A stretch of DNA of 64,000 nucleotides from Pseudomonadota bacterium (GTDB taxonomy: Bacteria; Pseudomonadota; Gammaproteobacteria; Burkholderiales; Usitatibacteraceae). Under the pieces are notes generated by a model. The model worked only from the letters and a program-made list of their open reading frames with translations, did no database searches and was not told the DNA's origin. The position numbers and the translations under genes are program-made. The stretch is taken from NCBI GenBank assembly GCA_029781595.1, contig JAKOWJ010000280.1:7042-71041 (forward strand), in the 5' to 3' direction. The stretch's first letter is position 1, and each line of letters starts with the position of its first letter. Below are positions 34,304 through 45,338 of the stretch, piece by piece.

Positions 34304-36420
34304 GGCCGTTGATCCTGCTGTGCGTGGTGACGGGCGCAGGACTCGTCTACCTCATGTCGCAGGCCTCATCGAACACCACCCTCTTCACCCAGAACTATCC
34401 CGCGCTCCTCGGCCTCGGCGGACTGCTGTCGCTGGGCCTGATGGCGCTCATCGGCTACCAGATGGTCGTCCTTCGGCGAAAGCTGAAGGAGCGGGTCTTC
34501 GGCTCCAAGCTCACGCTGCGCCTGATGGTGGTCTTCGCCCTGATGGCCCTGGTGCCCGGCGGGCTGGTGTACGCGATCTCCTTCCAGTTCCTTCAGCGCT
34601 CCATCGAGTCGTGGTTCGACGTGCGAATGGACAAGGCGCTGGAAGGGGGCCTGAACCTCGCCCGCAGCACGCTGGACAGCTCGCTGCGCGAGCTGGCGCA
34701 GAAGGCCGAGTCGATGGCGCAGTCCCTCGCCTCCGCCCAGGGCATCGAGCCTGCCACGCTCAACCGCCTGCGCGAGCAGTACGGCGTGGAGGAGGCCACC
34801 CTGTTCACGCAGCGCGGCAAGGTCCTCGCGTTCGCCTCGCTGGACGCGACGTCGCTGCAGCCGGACCTGCCGGGCCCCAACGTGGTCCGCCAGGTGCGCG
34901 CGCAGCAGCAGGTGCGCTCGATAGAATCGGTGCCCGACCGGGGCCTGCTCCTTCGCGTGATCGTGCCGGTGAACGTGCTCACGATCGCCGAGGACATCCG
35001 CATCCTCCAGCTGCAGCAGCGCGTGCCCGCGGCGGTGGCCCAGGACGCGCGGGTCGTCGACCAGGGCTGGCGCGACTACCAGGAACTCACCCTCGCGCGC
35101 GTGAACCTCAAGCGCATCTTCGGCCTCACGCTCACGCTGGCGATGCTGCTCACCCTGTTCTCCTCCATCGCCCTGGCGTTCCTCCTCTCCGAGCGCCTCT
35201 CCTCGCCGCTGTCGGCCCTGGCGGAGGCCACCCGGGCCATCGCGAAGGGCGACTACAGCCGCCTGAACCCCGTGCGCAGCCGCGACGAGTTCGGCGTGCT
35301 CACGCAGTCGTTCAACACCATGACGCGGCAGATCGCGGACGCCACGGACGCGATGGAGCGCAACCAGCAGCAGCTGGAGAACGCGAAGACCTACCTCGAG
35401 AGCATCCTGTCGAACCTCACCTCCGGGGTGCTCACCTTCGACGAGCGGCTCTACCTGAAGACGGTGAACGCGACGGCCTACGACATCCTCGGGGTGCCGG
35501 CCGGGGCGTTCCACGGCCTGAAGCTGCCCGACTGGACCACGCACGTGGCGACGGTCTCGCCGTTCGCCGAGATCGTCCTGAAGCACTTCGAGTCCGCTTC
35601 GAGCCGCCAGTGGGAGCAGCAGCTCGAGTACCGGCGCCACGACAGCGCGCGCACGCTCCTGGTCCGCGGCACGCGGCTCGCGACGCGGGGCGACACGGGA
35701 TACGTCGTGGTCTTCGACGACATCACGCACCTGGCCCAGGCGCAGCGGGATGCCGCGTGGGGCGAGGTCGCGCGGCGCCTGGCGCACGAGATCAAGAATC
35801 CGCTCACGCCCATCCAGCTTTCCGCCGAGCGCCTCCAGCACAAGCTGCTGCAGAAGCTTCCGGAGTCCGAGGCCGACGTCCTCAAGCGCGCCACCGGCAC
35901 GATCGTGAACCAGGTGACGGCCCTCAAGGGCATGGTGGACGACTTCAGCCAGTACGCGCGCGCCTCGAGGATGACGGCCGAAGAGGTGTCGCTGAACGAC
36001 CTGGTGCGCGAGGTGCTGGTCCTGTACGAGTCCATGGGCGTGCCCATCGAGCCGCACCTCGCCGAGGACCTTCCGCAGGTCCCGGCGGACCCGTCGCTGC
36101 TGCGTCAGGTGCTCCACAACCTCATCCAGAACGCGATCGATGCCCTGTCGGGCGCCGACCAGCCGCGCATCGTCGTCACTTCCTCTCGCGCCGCGGAGGG
36201 CATCTCGCTCTCGGTGAGCGACAACGGCGCGGGCATCGCCGACTCGGTCTTCGGCCGGATCTTCGAGCCCTACGTCACCACGAAGCCGAAGGGGACCGGC
36301 CTCGGCCTCGCGATCGTGAAGAAGATCGTCGAGGAGCACCACGGGCACATCGTGGTCGAGAACGTGAAGCCCCACGGCGCCAACGTGAGCATCGTCCTGC
36401 CCCTTCGCAAGGCGGCCTAG
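34300..36420 (+). CDS. ntrY: NtrY-like sensor histidine kinase (TM-HAMP-PAS-HisKA-HATPase)
   Basis: Start set to ATG 34300, overlapping the upstream stop. 706 aa with H-box RRLAHEIKNPLTPIQLSAERL and G-boxes DNGAGI / GTGLGLAIV. Confidence 0.75.
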   Translation: MRPLILLCVVTGAGLVYLMSQASSNTTLFTQNYPALLGLGGLLSLGLMALIGYQMVVLRRKLKERVFGSKLTLRLMVVFALMALVPGGLVYAISFQFLQRSIESWFDVRMDKALEGGLNLARSTLDSSLRELAQKAESMAQSLASAQGIEPATLNRLREQYGVEEATLFTQRGKVLAFASLDATSLQPDLPGPNVVRQVRAQQQVRSIESVPDRGLLLRVIVPVNVLTIAEDIRILQLQQRVPAAVAQDARVVDQGWRDYQELTLARVNLKRIFGLTLTLAMLLTLFSSIALAFLLSERLSSPLSALAEATRAIAKGDYSRLNPVRSRDEFGVLTQSFNTMTRQIADATDAMERNQQQLENAKTYLESILSNLTSGVLTFDERLYLKTVNATAYDILGVPAGAFHGLKLPDWTTHVATVSPFAEIVLKHFESASSRQWEQQLEYRRHDSARTLLVRGTRLATRGDTGYVVVFDDITHLAQAQRDAAWGEVARRLAHEIKNPLTPIQLSAERLQHKLLQKLPESEADVLKRATGTIVNQVTALKGMVDDFSQYARASRMTAEEVSLNDLVREVLVLYESMGVPIEPHLAEDLPQVPADPSLLRQVLHNLIQNAIDALSGADQPRIVVTSSRAAEGISLSVSDNGAGIADSVFGRIFEPYVTTKPKGTGLGLAIVKKIVEEHHGHIVVENVKPHGANVSIVLPLRKAA

Positions 36421-36440
36421 GCGCCGTTTCCCCTCCCGCC

Positions 36441-37724
36441 ATGTCGGCCAACCAGATCCTGGTCGTGGATGACGAAGTCGGCATCCGCGAACTGCTCTTC
36501 GAGATCCTGCGCGACGAGGGCTACGGCGTTCGCCTCGCCGAGAACGCCCAGACGGCGCGCAACCTTCGGCGCGAGATGCGCCCGGACCTCGTCCTGCTGG
36601 ACATCTGGATGCCGGACACCGACGGCATCACCCTCCTCAAGGAGTGGGCCGGCTCGGGGCTGCTCACCATGCCGGTGGTCATGATGTCGGGGCACGGGAC
36701 GATCGATTCCGCGGTCGAGGCGACGCGCATCGGCGCCTTCGACTTCCTCGAGAAGCCGATCAGCCTTCCGAAGCTGCTCGCCACGGTGGGCAAGGCGCTC
36801 GCCGGCGGGCGCGTGCTGCCGCGCGCGGGCCTGGCAATGGCCCAGCTCGGGAAGGCGAGGATCGTGCAGGAGCTTCGCCAGCGGCTGGACCAGGTGGCGC
36901 GCCTTCGCACCCCGGTGCTGCTGGTGGGGGAGCCGGGGTGCGGTTTCGAGATCGCCGCGCGGCACCTGCACCTGCCCAACACGCCGTGGGTGGTCCCGGA
37001 GGAGCCGGACTGGCTCGCGACCAACCCCTTCGGGCCGCTCGGCGAGGCGCGCGACGGCACGCTGTTCATCCCCGAGCTCGCCACGCTGGGCAAGGCCGAG
37101 CAGAAAGGGCTCGGGCAGCTGGTCGCGAAGCTCGAGAAGTTCAACGTCCGGCTGGTGTGCGCCGTGTCTGCGCCCATCGCGAAGATGGTCGAGGAGGGCG
37201 GCTTCGACCCGCAGCTCTACCACCACCTCTCCGGCCTCACCATCCGCGTGCCGTCGATCTCGGAGCATGCGGAGGACGTGCCGGACCTTGCCACCAGCCT
37301 GCTCACCGCGATGGTGGATGCGGGCGAGGTGCCGCTCAAGGTGCTCACGGTCGGCGCGCAGAACGCGCTGCGCAACCTGGATTGGCACGGCAACCTGCCC
37401 GTCCTGCAGAACGCGGTGAAGACCCTCGCGCTCACCACCCTGGGCACCGAGATCGGAGGCGAGGACGTCGCCCGCGTGGCGAGGGAGTTCTCGCTCGTGC
37501 CGCGCGACCAGCCGCCCACGGAGGTGGGGGTCTCGCTGGACCTGCCGCTGCGCGAGGCGCGCGAGCAGTTCGAGCGGCAGTACTTCCTGCACCACATCCG
37601 GCGCGAGGAGGGGAACATGTCGCGCGTGGCGGATCGTGTGGGCCTGGAGCGCACCCACCTCTACCGCAAGCTCAAGCAGCTGGGCATCCGGCCCTCGTCG
37701 CGCGGCGACGACGGGCCGGCCTGA
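36441..37724 (+). CDS. ntrX: NtrX-like response regulator (REC + degenerate AAA+ + Fis-type HTH)
   Basis: Start ATG 36441 (MSANQILVVDDEVGIRELL). REC motif LLDIWMPDTDG and C-terminal HTH NMSRVADRVGLERTHLYRKLKQLGI. The central domain has GEPGCGFE in place of Walker A GxxGxGKE and no GAFTGA. Confidence 0.75.
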   Translation: MSANQILVVDDEVGIRELLFEILRDEGYGVRLAENAQTARNLRREMRPDLVLLDIWMPDTDGITLLKEWAGSGLLTMPVVMMSGHGTIDSAVEATRIGAFDFLEKPISLPKLLATVGKALAGGRVLPRAGLAMAQLGKARIVQELRQRLDQVARLRTPVLLVGEPGCGFEIAARHLHLPNTPWVVPEEPDWLATNPFGPLGEARDGTLFIPELATLGKAEQKGLGQLVAKLEKFNVRLVCAVSAPIAKMVEEGGFDPQLYHHLSGLTIRVPSISEHAEDVPDLATSLLTAMVDAGEVPLKVLTVGAQNALRNLDWHGNLPVLQNAVKTLALTTLGTEIGGEDVARVAREFSLVPRDQPPTEVGVSLDLPLREAREQFERQYFLHHIRREEGNMSRVADRVGLERTHLYRKLKQLGIRPSSRGDDGPA

Positions 37725-37733
37725 GCGCGGTCC

Positions 37734-38687
37734 CTAGCGCGGCACGATACGGCCCAGTCGGACGGCCGTGAGGCCGGTCTTGATGTTGTTGGGCACCGGC
37801 ATCACGAGCACGCAATTGTCGTAGGGAGCGCGAACGGCCTCGGGGCCATCCCAGGCGATGACGTCGCCCTGCCGCGGCACGACCTCCATGCCGGAGAAGT
37901 ACCGCGCGAACCGGAACTCCGGCGTGCGTGCGACCACCGCCTCCGTCACGCGCACGAGCCGCTGCGGCGGGGCGGCCTCCGTCGCGATCTCCCGGTCTGC
38001 CACGGCCGCGTCCACGGCGCCCACGCGCTTCAGGAAGCGCCACGTCGTCTGCCAGGCGACGTGCTCGGCGGCACGCTCCCAGTGCTGCCCGCACTCGACG
38101 AGCAGCGCGTTCTTGGGGCTCTGCGGATCGCCGAAGCCGCCGAAGTCGCGCATGCGGGTGCCGTTGGCGTGGCCCTCGTCGCTCACGACGTCCCGGGGAA
38201 TGGCCACGTCGAACGCGAAGTCGATTCCCTTCTCGAGCGGCCCGCAGATCATCACGGGGGGGCTCGGCTCGAGCATGGAGTGGATGTCCAGCAGGTAGTC
38301 CGCCGCCTCTACGAACGGGCGGATCGCGCGCGCGCGCCGCAGCTCCACGCTGTCGCGGGGCCCGTCCAGCGTCTGGGGCGTCCAGACCCGGTTGAAATCC
38401 TCGTCGACGAACCGGGAGGCGTACGGCCGCTCCGGATCGAAGCGCGAGAATGCCTCGATGTTGGCGAAGGAGAGGGTAAGCGTCCCGCGCGCGGGGCGAA
38501 CCCCTGCGCGCAGCAGCCGGTCCACGACGATGGCGCCGCAGATCTCGTTGCCGTGCGTGACGGCGTTGACCATCACGTGCGGTCCCGGTCGGCCGCTCTC
38601 GAAGGTGTGGACGAAGTCGACGCCGGTCCCGGAGCGGCGGTGGTCGTCGATGTTGGGGGCGGACAGCTCGATGGCGACTTTGCTCAT
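37734..38687 (-). CDS. Succinylglutamate desuccinylase/aspartoacylase (AstE/AspA) family zinc hydrolase
   Basis: 317 aa. Zn-ligand motif THGNEICG, a later LDIHSM, and LLVECGQH. Last gene of the importer operon. Confidence 0.75.
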   Translation of the reverse strand: MSKVAIELSAPNIDDHRRSGTGVDFVHTFESGRPGPHVMVNAVTHGNEICGAIVVDRLLRAGVRPARGTLTLSFANIEAFSRFDPERPYASRFVDEDFNRVWTPQTLDGPRDSVELRRARAIRPFVEAADYLLDIHSMLEPSPPVMICGPLEKGIDFAFDVAIPRDVVSDEGHANGTRMRDFGGFGDPQSPKNALLVECGQHWERAAEHVAWQTTWRFLKRVGAVDAAVADREIATEAAPPQRLVRVTEAVVARTPEFRFARYFSGMEVVPRQGDVIAWDGPEAVRAPYDNCVLVMPVPNNIKTGLTAVRLGRIVPR

Positions 38688-38699
38688 GGCGAGGCGGTG

Positions 38700-39682
38700 T
38701 CAGTCGTGGTGATGGTCGTGGTCGTGGTCGTGCGCGTGGCCTTGGCCGTGGGCATGTTCGTGACCGTGCGCGTGGCCGTGGCCGTGATGATGGTCGTGGC
38801 CGCAGGCGGCATGGTCGTGGTCTGCCGCGCAGCGGTGGGAGCCACGCTCGGCGGCGAATTCGCAGACCGCCTTCACGAGGCGCTCGATGTCCCGGGCGAG
38901 ACGCGCGAATCCCGGCGTCTTTCGGCCGGTCGGCTCGTCCAGGTAGAGCCGGCGATTCACCTCGATCTGCAGGCTGTGCCGTCCGGCCGCCGGGTCGGAG
39001 AAGGCGCGGACGAGTTCGACGCCCTTGTAGGGGTCGTTCACCTTCACGTCGTATCCCATCGCGCGCAGCCGTTCGGCCACGAAGGCCGTGAAGGCGGGCT
39101 CGCAGGTCGTGCCATCGCGGTCTCCCAGCACGAAATCCGCCCTTGGCCGGCCCGGCCCCTCCTCGGAGATGACGCTGCTCACGGCCGGCATCGAGTGGCA
39201 GTTGATGTGCCACACCGCGCCGAAGTGCGCGTGCGTCGCGTCCAGGGCCTCCTTCACCGCCTTCTGGTAGGGCTGGTGGAAGTCCACGATGCGCCGGCGC
39301 ACCTCCTCCACGGTGAGCTTGCGGTCGTAGATGGGGGCGCCGGTGTCCAGCACGCGCCAGATGAGGCCGATGCCCAGCTCGGTCTTTCGGCTCGCGACCG
39401 CGGGCCCGGGCCAGGGCGCGTCCAGGAGGGAGGTGTCCACGTCCAGCATCGAGCGGTTGGGATCGATGTACGAGCGGGGAAACCGTGCCGCGAGGAGGGT
39501 CGCGCCGAATCTCGGTCCGCTCGAATAGAGCTCGTCGACGAACGCATCCTCGGCCTGGCGAAGTGCCGACATGGGCACGGCCGGGCGGAAGTCGTCGGGA
39601 TACTCGGTGCCGCTGTGCGGCGAGTCGAGGACCACGGGAACGCGCGCGCCCTCGGGCGGCGCCAGGCGGAAGGCGGAGTGGG

Positions 39683-39686
<4 letters not shown>
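38700..39686 (-). CDS. N-formylglutamate amidohydrolase (FGase) family protein with C-terminal His-rich tail
   Basis: Start set to ATG 39686 (MTHSAFRL); the track fuses it in frame with the upstream ATPase. FGase landmarks DSPHSGTEYP, YIDPNRS and WHINCHSM. Tail is HRCAADHDHAACGHDHHHGHGHAHGHEHAHGQGHAHDHDHDHHHD. Confidence 0.75.
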
Positions 39687-40692
<1,006 letters not shown>

Positions 40693-40696
<4 letters not shown>

Positions 40697-41661
40697 GCGG
40701 CCGGGTGGTAGCAGCGCAGCCGGCGGCCCGGCTGCGGCTCGGTGATCGCGGGGCTTTCGCGGCACGCGCCATTGGCGCTGTCGCACCGTTCGCGGAAGGG
40801 GCAGCCGGGACCCAGCGAGAGCAGCGATGGGGTCATGCCGGGGATCTGGTGCAGTGGCCGGCCGCGCTCGTTGCGGCTCGGCACGGAATCGATGAGGCCG
40901 CGGCTGTACGGGTGCAGCGGGCGCTCCAGCACGTCGGCCACCGGCCCCGACTCGACCAGGCGGCCGGCGTACATGACGCAGACCTCGTCGGCCAGGCCCG
41001 CGATCACGGACAGGTCGTGCGTGATCCAGACGAGAGCGGTGCCGCTCTCCCGGCACAGCTTCTGCATCTCGAAGAGGATCTGGCCCTGGATCGTCACGTC
41101 CAGCGCCGTCGTGGGCTCGTCGGCGATGATGAGGTCGGGGCCGTTCACGAGGGCGATGGCGATGGCCACGCGCTGGCGCATGCCGCCCGAGAACTGGTGG
41201 GGATAGGCGCGCAGCCGCTCGTCCGGGGAGGCGATGCCCACCCGGACGAGCGCCTCGCGCGCGCGCGCCAGGGCGCTCTCGCGCGAGACGTCCGCGTGGG
41301 CGAGGACGGCCTCCACGATCTGCGTGTCGATCCGCAGCACCGGGTTGAGCGTCATCATCGGGTCCTGGAAGATCATTGCGATCCGGTTGCCGCGGATGGC
41401 GCGCCAGCCGGCGGGATCGAGCCGCGTGAGGTCGGTGCCGTCGAAGACGATTCGCCCCTCGACGATGCGGCCCGGCGGATCCACCAGGCCGAGGATCGAG
41501 TACCCGGTCATGGACTTGCCCGAACCCGATTCGCCGACGAGTCCCAGGATCTGCCCGCGGTCCACGCGGAAGCTCACGTCGTCCACGGCCTTCACCACGC
41601 CCGCCTTCGTGAAGAAGTGCATGCGCAGCCCGTCGACCTCGAGCAGCGGCGCGGCGCTCAA
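40693..41661 (-). CDS. Peptide/nickel-type ABC transporter ATP-binding protein (DppD/OppD-like)
   Basis: Start TTG 41661 overlapping the permease stop ((M)SAAPLLEVDGLRMHF). Walker A GESGSGKSM, signature FSGGMRQRVAIA, Walker B LIIADEPTTALD. Confidence 0.88.
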
Positions 41662-42587
41662 CGGCGCAGCCTCGGGTTCAGCACGTCGCGAAGCTGGTCG
41701 GCCACGAGGTTGATCGACATGATCGTGAGCAGCAGCGCGATGCCCGGGTAGAAGCTGATCCAGTACTTGCCCGACAGCAGGTACTGGAAGCCGTTGGAGA
41801 TGAGCAGGCCCAGCGAAGGCTCGGTGATGGGCAGGCCCAGGCCGAGGAAGGAGAGGGTCGCCTCCAGCGCGATCGCGTGCGCGACCTGGACGGTGGCCAC
41901 GACGATGAGCGGGGGCAGGCAGTTGGGCAGCAGGTGCCGGAAGACGATGCGCGCCCGGCCGAGCGCCAGCACGCGGGCGGCCTCGACGTATTCCTTCTGG
42001 CGCTCCACCAGCGCGGCCGAGCGCACGGTGCGTGCGTAGTAGGCCCACTGGACCGTCACCAGCGCGACGACGATCTTGCCCACGCCCTGGCCGAGAACCG
42101 CGAGCAGCACCAGCGCGATGAGGATGGCCGGAAAGGACAGCTGGATGTCCACCACGCGCATGACCAGCGTGTCCGTCCACCCGCCGAAGTAGGCGGCGAG
42201 CAGCCCGAAGAAGAGCCCGATCGCCAGGGCGAACACCGTGCTGGTGATGCCCACGCCCAGGGAGATGCGAAGCCCGTAGAGGATCCCCGAGAGCATGTCG
42301 CGCCCCTGGTCGTCCGTGCCCAGCCAGTAGGTCTTGCCGGTCGCGGATTCCTCGCCGGGGGCGAGCTTGGAGTCCATCACGTCGAGCTGCGCCAGGTCGT
42401 ACGGGTTCTGCGGCGAAATGACCGGCGCGAGCAGCCCCAGGACCACGATCGCGGCCAGCAGGGCGAGGCCGACCATCGCGAGTCGGCTCTCCGCGAACTC
42501 CGCGCGGAACCGCGCCCAGGGGCCGATGGCGGCCGCGCCCCCGGTCGCCGCGGCGGCCGCTGTGCCGGTGCCTTCCGCGTCCGCCAT
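41658..42587 (-). CDS. ABC transporter permease (DppC/OppC-like)
   Basis: Start ATG 42587 (MADAEGTG...). 309 aa, multi-TM, with an EAA-like loop EYVEAARVLALGRARIVFRHLLPN. Confidence 0.85.
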   Translation of the reverse strand: MADAEGTGTAAAAATGGAAAIGPWARFRAEFAESRLAMVGLALLAAIVVLGLLAPVISPQNPYDLAQLDVMDSKLAPGEESATGKTYWLGTDDQGRDMLSGILYGLRISLGVGITSTVFALAIGLFFGLLAAYFGGWTDTLVMRVVDIQLSFPAILIALVLLAVLGQGVGKIVVALVTVQWAYYARTVRSAALVERQKEYVEAARVLALGRARIVFRHLLPNCLPPLIVVATVQVAHAIALEATLSFLGLGLPITEPSLGLLISNGFQYLLSGKYWISFYPGIALLLTIMSINLVADQLRDVLNPRLRR

Positions 42588-42589
42588 CG

Positions 42590-43573
42590 CTAGTGGGCCG
42601 CCGACGCGCCGCCCAGCCGGACCCGCGGGTCGAGCAGGGAATACAGGACGTCGACGACGAAATTGATGACGATGAAGAGCGTCACGATCACCAGCAGGTA
42701 GGCGACGATCACGGGCCGGTCGAGCTGGTTGATGGAATCGATGAGGAGCTTGCCGGTGCCGGGCCAGGCGAAGATGGACTCCGTCACGATCGCGAACGCG
42801 ATGACCGACCCGAGCTCCAGGCCGATCACCGTGACGATCGGGATGAGGATGTTCTTCAGCACGTGGACCCCGATCACGCGGGACTGCGTGAGCCCCTTGG
42901 CGCGGGCGAACTTCACGTAGTCCTGCAGCACGGCCTCGCGGGCGCCGGCGCGGGTGAGGCGGACCAGCAGCGAGAGCTTGAACAGCGCGAGGTTGAATGC
43001 CGGCATCGCCAGGTGCGCGAGCCCGTCGGCGGTGAGGAAGCTCACCGGGATTCCGGCCACCAGGACCGTCGCGCCGCGCCCGTTGGACGGAAGCCACCCC
43101 AGGTGCACCGAGAAGATCATCACGAGCACCAGGCCCACCCAGAAGGTGGGCAGGCTGAAGCCCAGGATGGAGCCGGCCATGATCGTGCGGCCGATGAAGG
43201 AGTCGGGCTTCAGGCCGGCGACGAGCCCCAGCGGGATGCCGATCGCGATGGCGATGACCATCGCCACGAAGGCGAGCTCCATGGTCGCGGGGAGCTTGCT
43301 GAGGATGAGGCTGAGCGCGGGCACGTTGAAGACGAACGACTTGCCGAGGTCGCCGCTCGCGGCGCCCTGCAGGAAGGACCAGTACTGCTCGAGCAGGGGC
43401 CGGTCGAGGCCCAGCGCCGCCGCGGCGCGCAGGCGCTCCGCCTCGTCGGCCATGGGGTTGACCAGGAGCTCGACCGGGTCGCCGATGGCGTAGACCCCGA
43501 TGAAGACGAGGGCCGACATCAGCAGGAGCACGAACAGGCTCTGCCCTAGGCGGCGGATGGCGTATGCGAGCAT
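42590..43573 (-). CDS. ABC transporter permease (DppB/OppB-like)
   Basis: 327 aa. MLAYAIRRLGQSLFVLLLMSALVF is a typical DppB N-terminus. EAA-like loop DYVKFARAKGL. Confidence 0.85.
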   Translation of the reverse strand: MLAYAIRRLGQSLFVLLLMSALVFIGVYAIGDPVELLVNPMADEAERLRAAAALGLDRPLLEQYWSFLQGAASGDLGKSFVFNVPALSLILSKLPATMELAFVAMVIAIAIGIPLGLVAGLKPDSFIGRTIMAGSILGFSLPTFWVGLVLVMIFSVHLGWLPSNGRGATVLVAGIPVSFLTADGLAHLAMPAFNLALFKLSLLVRLTRAGAREAVLQDYVKFARAKGLTQSRVIGVHVLKNILIPIVTVIGLELGSVIAFAIVTESIFAWPGTGKLLIDSINQLDRPVIVAYLLVIVTLFIVINFVVDVLYSLLDPRVRLGGASAAH

Positions 43574-43640
43574 CGGCGGGAAGGGGCGGCGGGGGCCGCC
43601 CGCCGGGCCCCGCGCGCGGCGGGACCCGGGCGCGCATGGT

Positions 43641-45230
43641 CTACTTGGCGGGCTTCAGGCCCATCGCGAGCGTGTACTGGTCGGTGCGGGGGGTGTAGCG
43701 CAGGCCCTTCGCCGTCGCCCAGGTGCTCACCTCGTAGTGGATCGGGATGAGCGCCGTGTCGCCCATCGCGATCTCGGCGGCTTTCTGGATCAGCCCCTCG
43801 CGCTTCTTGTCGTCGATGGTCGCCATCGCCTCGTTGATGAGGGCGTCGAGCTGCGGATTCGAGTAGCGGGCCCGGTTCGTGACGCCCATGCCCTTCGAGG
43901 GATCGTAGGTCGCCAGGAGCGAGCGCAGGCTCGAGCCCTGCTCGCCCGACTCCGTCCCCCAGCCCAGGAGCATGTACCCGAACTCCCCCTTCGTCGCGCG
44001 CGAGAAATAGACGCTGGCGGGCATGGTCTCGACCTTCGTGTCGATGCCGATGCGCGTGTAGAACTGGGCGATCGCCTGGGCGATCTTGTCGTCGTTGATG
44101 TAGCGGTTGTTGGTGCCGTGGATCGTCAGCGAGAAGCCGTTGGGGTAGCCGGCCTCCGCGAGGAGCTTCTTGGCGCCCTCCGGATCGTACTTGGGCGGCT
44201 TGAGCTTCTTGCTCGTGCCGAAGAAGAAGTCCGGCAGCAGCTGGCCCGCGGGCACGGAGCGCTTCTCCATGATGCGATCCGAGATCGCCTGGCGGTTGAT
44301 CGCGATGGACAGCGCCTTGCGCACCCGGGCGTCCTTGAACGGGTTGTGGGCGAGGGGCTTGCCGTCCTTGCCGGTGACGAAGGGCGGGGGCGTGTCGGTG
44401 CGCTGGTTCAGGTGCACGTAGATCACCCGGTTGGAGACCTTGTCGACCAGCGAGTACTTCTTGTCGGCCGAGAGCTTGGCGATGTCGGCGGTGGGGACGG
44501 TCTCGATCATCTGCACGTCGCCGGAGAGCAGGGCGGCCACGCGCGCGGCGGCGTTCGTGAGGATCTTGAAGGTGACCTTGTCCCAGGGCTCCTCGCCGCC
44601 CCAGTAGCCGTAGTTGGCCTTGAGCACGACGCGCTGGTTGGGCACGTACTCGACGAGCTTGTAGGGGCCCGTGCCGATGGCGGCCTTGCCGGAGTTGTAG
44701 TCCTCGGTCGTGGCCTTCTCGCCGTGCAGTCGGGAGACGATCATCACCGAAGCGAGGTCGCTCGGCAGCAGCACGTGCGGGGCGGCGGTCTTGAAGATGA
44801 TGGTGTGCGGGTCCACCACCTTGGTCGAGACGATCGGCTTGGTGAACGTGGCGAACGAGGAGGGGCTCTTGGGCACGTTGGGCACGCGCGAGAGGGTGAA
44901 CACCACGTCGTCGGCCGTGAACGGCGTGCCGTCGTGCCACTTCACGTTCTTGCGCAGCTTGAACTCCCAGGTCAGGTCGTCCAGGGCCTTCCAGGACACC
45001 GCGAGTCCCGGCACGAGTTTCTGGTTCGCGTCGCGCTTGATGAGGGGCTCGAAGACGTGCAGCATCATCGAGTTGTTGGGCGACAGGTTGTGGTAATGCG
45101 GGTCCATCGAGGTGATGGCGGCCTGAAGGCCGATGGTCACCTCGCGCTCCGCGGCGGCGGCGGTGCCGGCGGCGAACGGAAGGCCGAGGATGGCGAGCGC
45201 GGCGAGCGCGAGTCGCAGGAAACGCGGCAT
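43641..45230 (-). CDS. ABC transporter substrate-binding protein, family 5 (DppA/OppA/NikA-like)
   Basis: Start ATG 45230 (MPRFLRLALAALAILGLPFAAGTAAAAE, signal peptide) preceded by GAGGAG. 529 aa, family-5 SBP size and sequence character. Confidence 0.85.
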   Translation of the reverse strand: MPRFLRLALAALAILGLPFAAGTAAAAEREVTIGLQAAITSMDPHYHNLSPNNSMMLHVFEPLIKRDANQKLVPGLAVSWKALDDLTWEFKLRKNVKWHDGTPFTADDVVFTLSRVPNVPKSPSSFATFTKPIVSTKVVDPHTIIFKTAAPHVLLPSDLASVMIVSRLHGEKATTEDYNSGKAAIGTGPYKLVEYVPNQRVVLKANYGYWGGEEPWDKVTFKILTNAAARVAALLSGDVQMIETVPTADIAKLSADKKYSLVDKVSNRVIYVHLNQRTDTPPPFVTGKDGKPLAHNPFKDARVRKALSIAINRQAISDRIMEKRSVPAGQLLPDFFFGTSKKLKPPKYDPEGAKKLLAEAGYPNGFSLTIHGTNNRYINDDKIAQAIAQFYTRIGIDTKVETMPASVYFSRATKGEFGYMLLGWGTESGEQGSSLRSLLATYDPSKGMGVTNRARYSNPQLDALINEAMATIDDKKREGLIQKAAEIAMGDTALIPIHYEVSTWATAKGLRYTPRTDQYTLAMGLKPAK

Positions 45231-45338
45231 GGCGGGTACTCCTCTTCTAGTGCGGCGGAAACCGAGGGGGTGGAACGGGATGTGCGTCGGGGTCGATGAT
45301 ACCGTCAATCTGCGGGGGCCGCCGCGCGGCAGGCGGAG

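Noticed and set aside
45231-45338. Fur, Zur or NikR operator upstream of the importer operon, searched for because of the His-rich tail.
   Set aside because: I saw no AT-rich palindrome resembling Fur or Zur boxes. Only a TTGACG -35-like hexamer without a convincing -10 is present. Metal regulation can be neither supported nor excluded from sequence alone.
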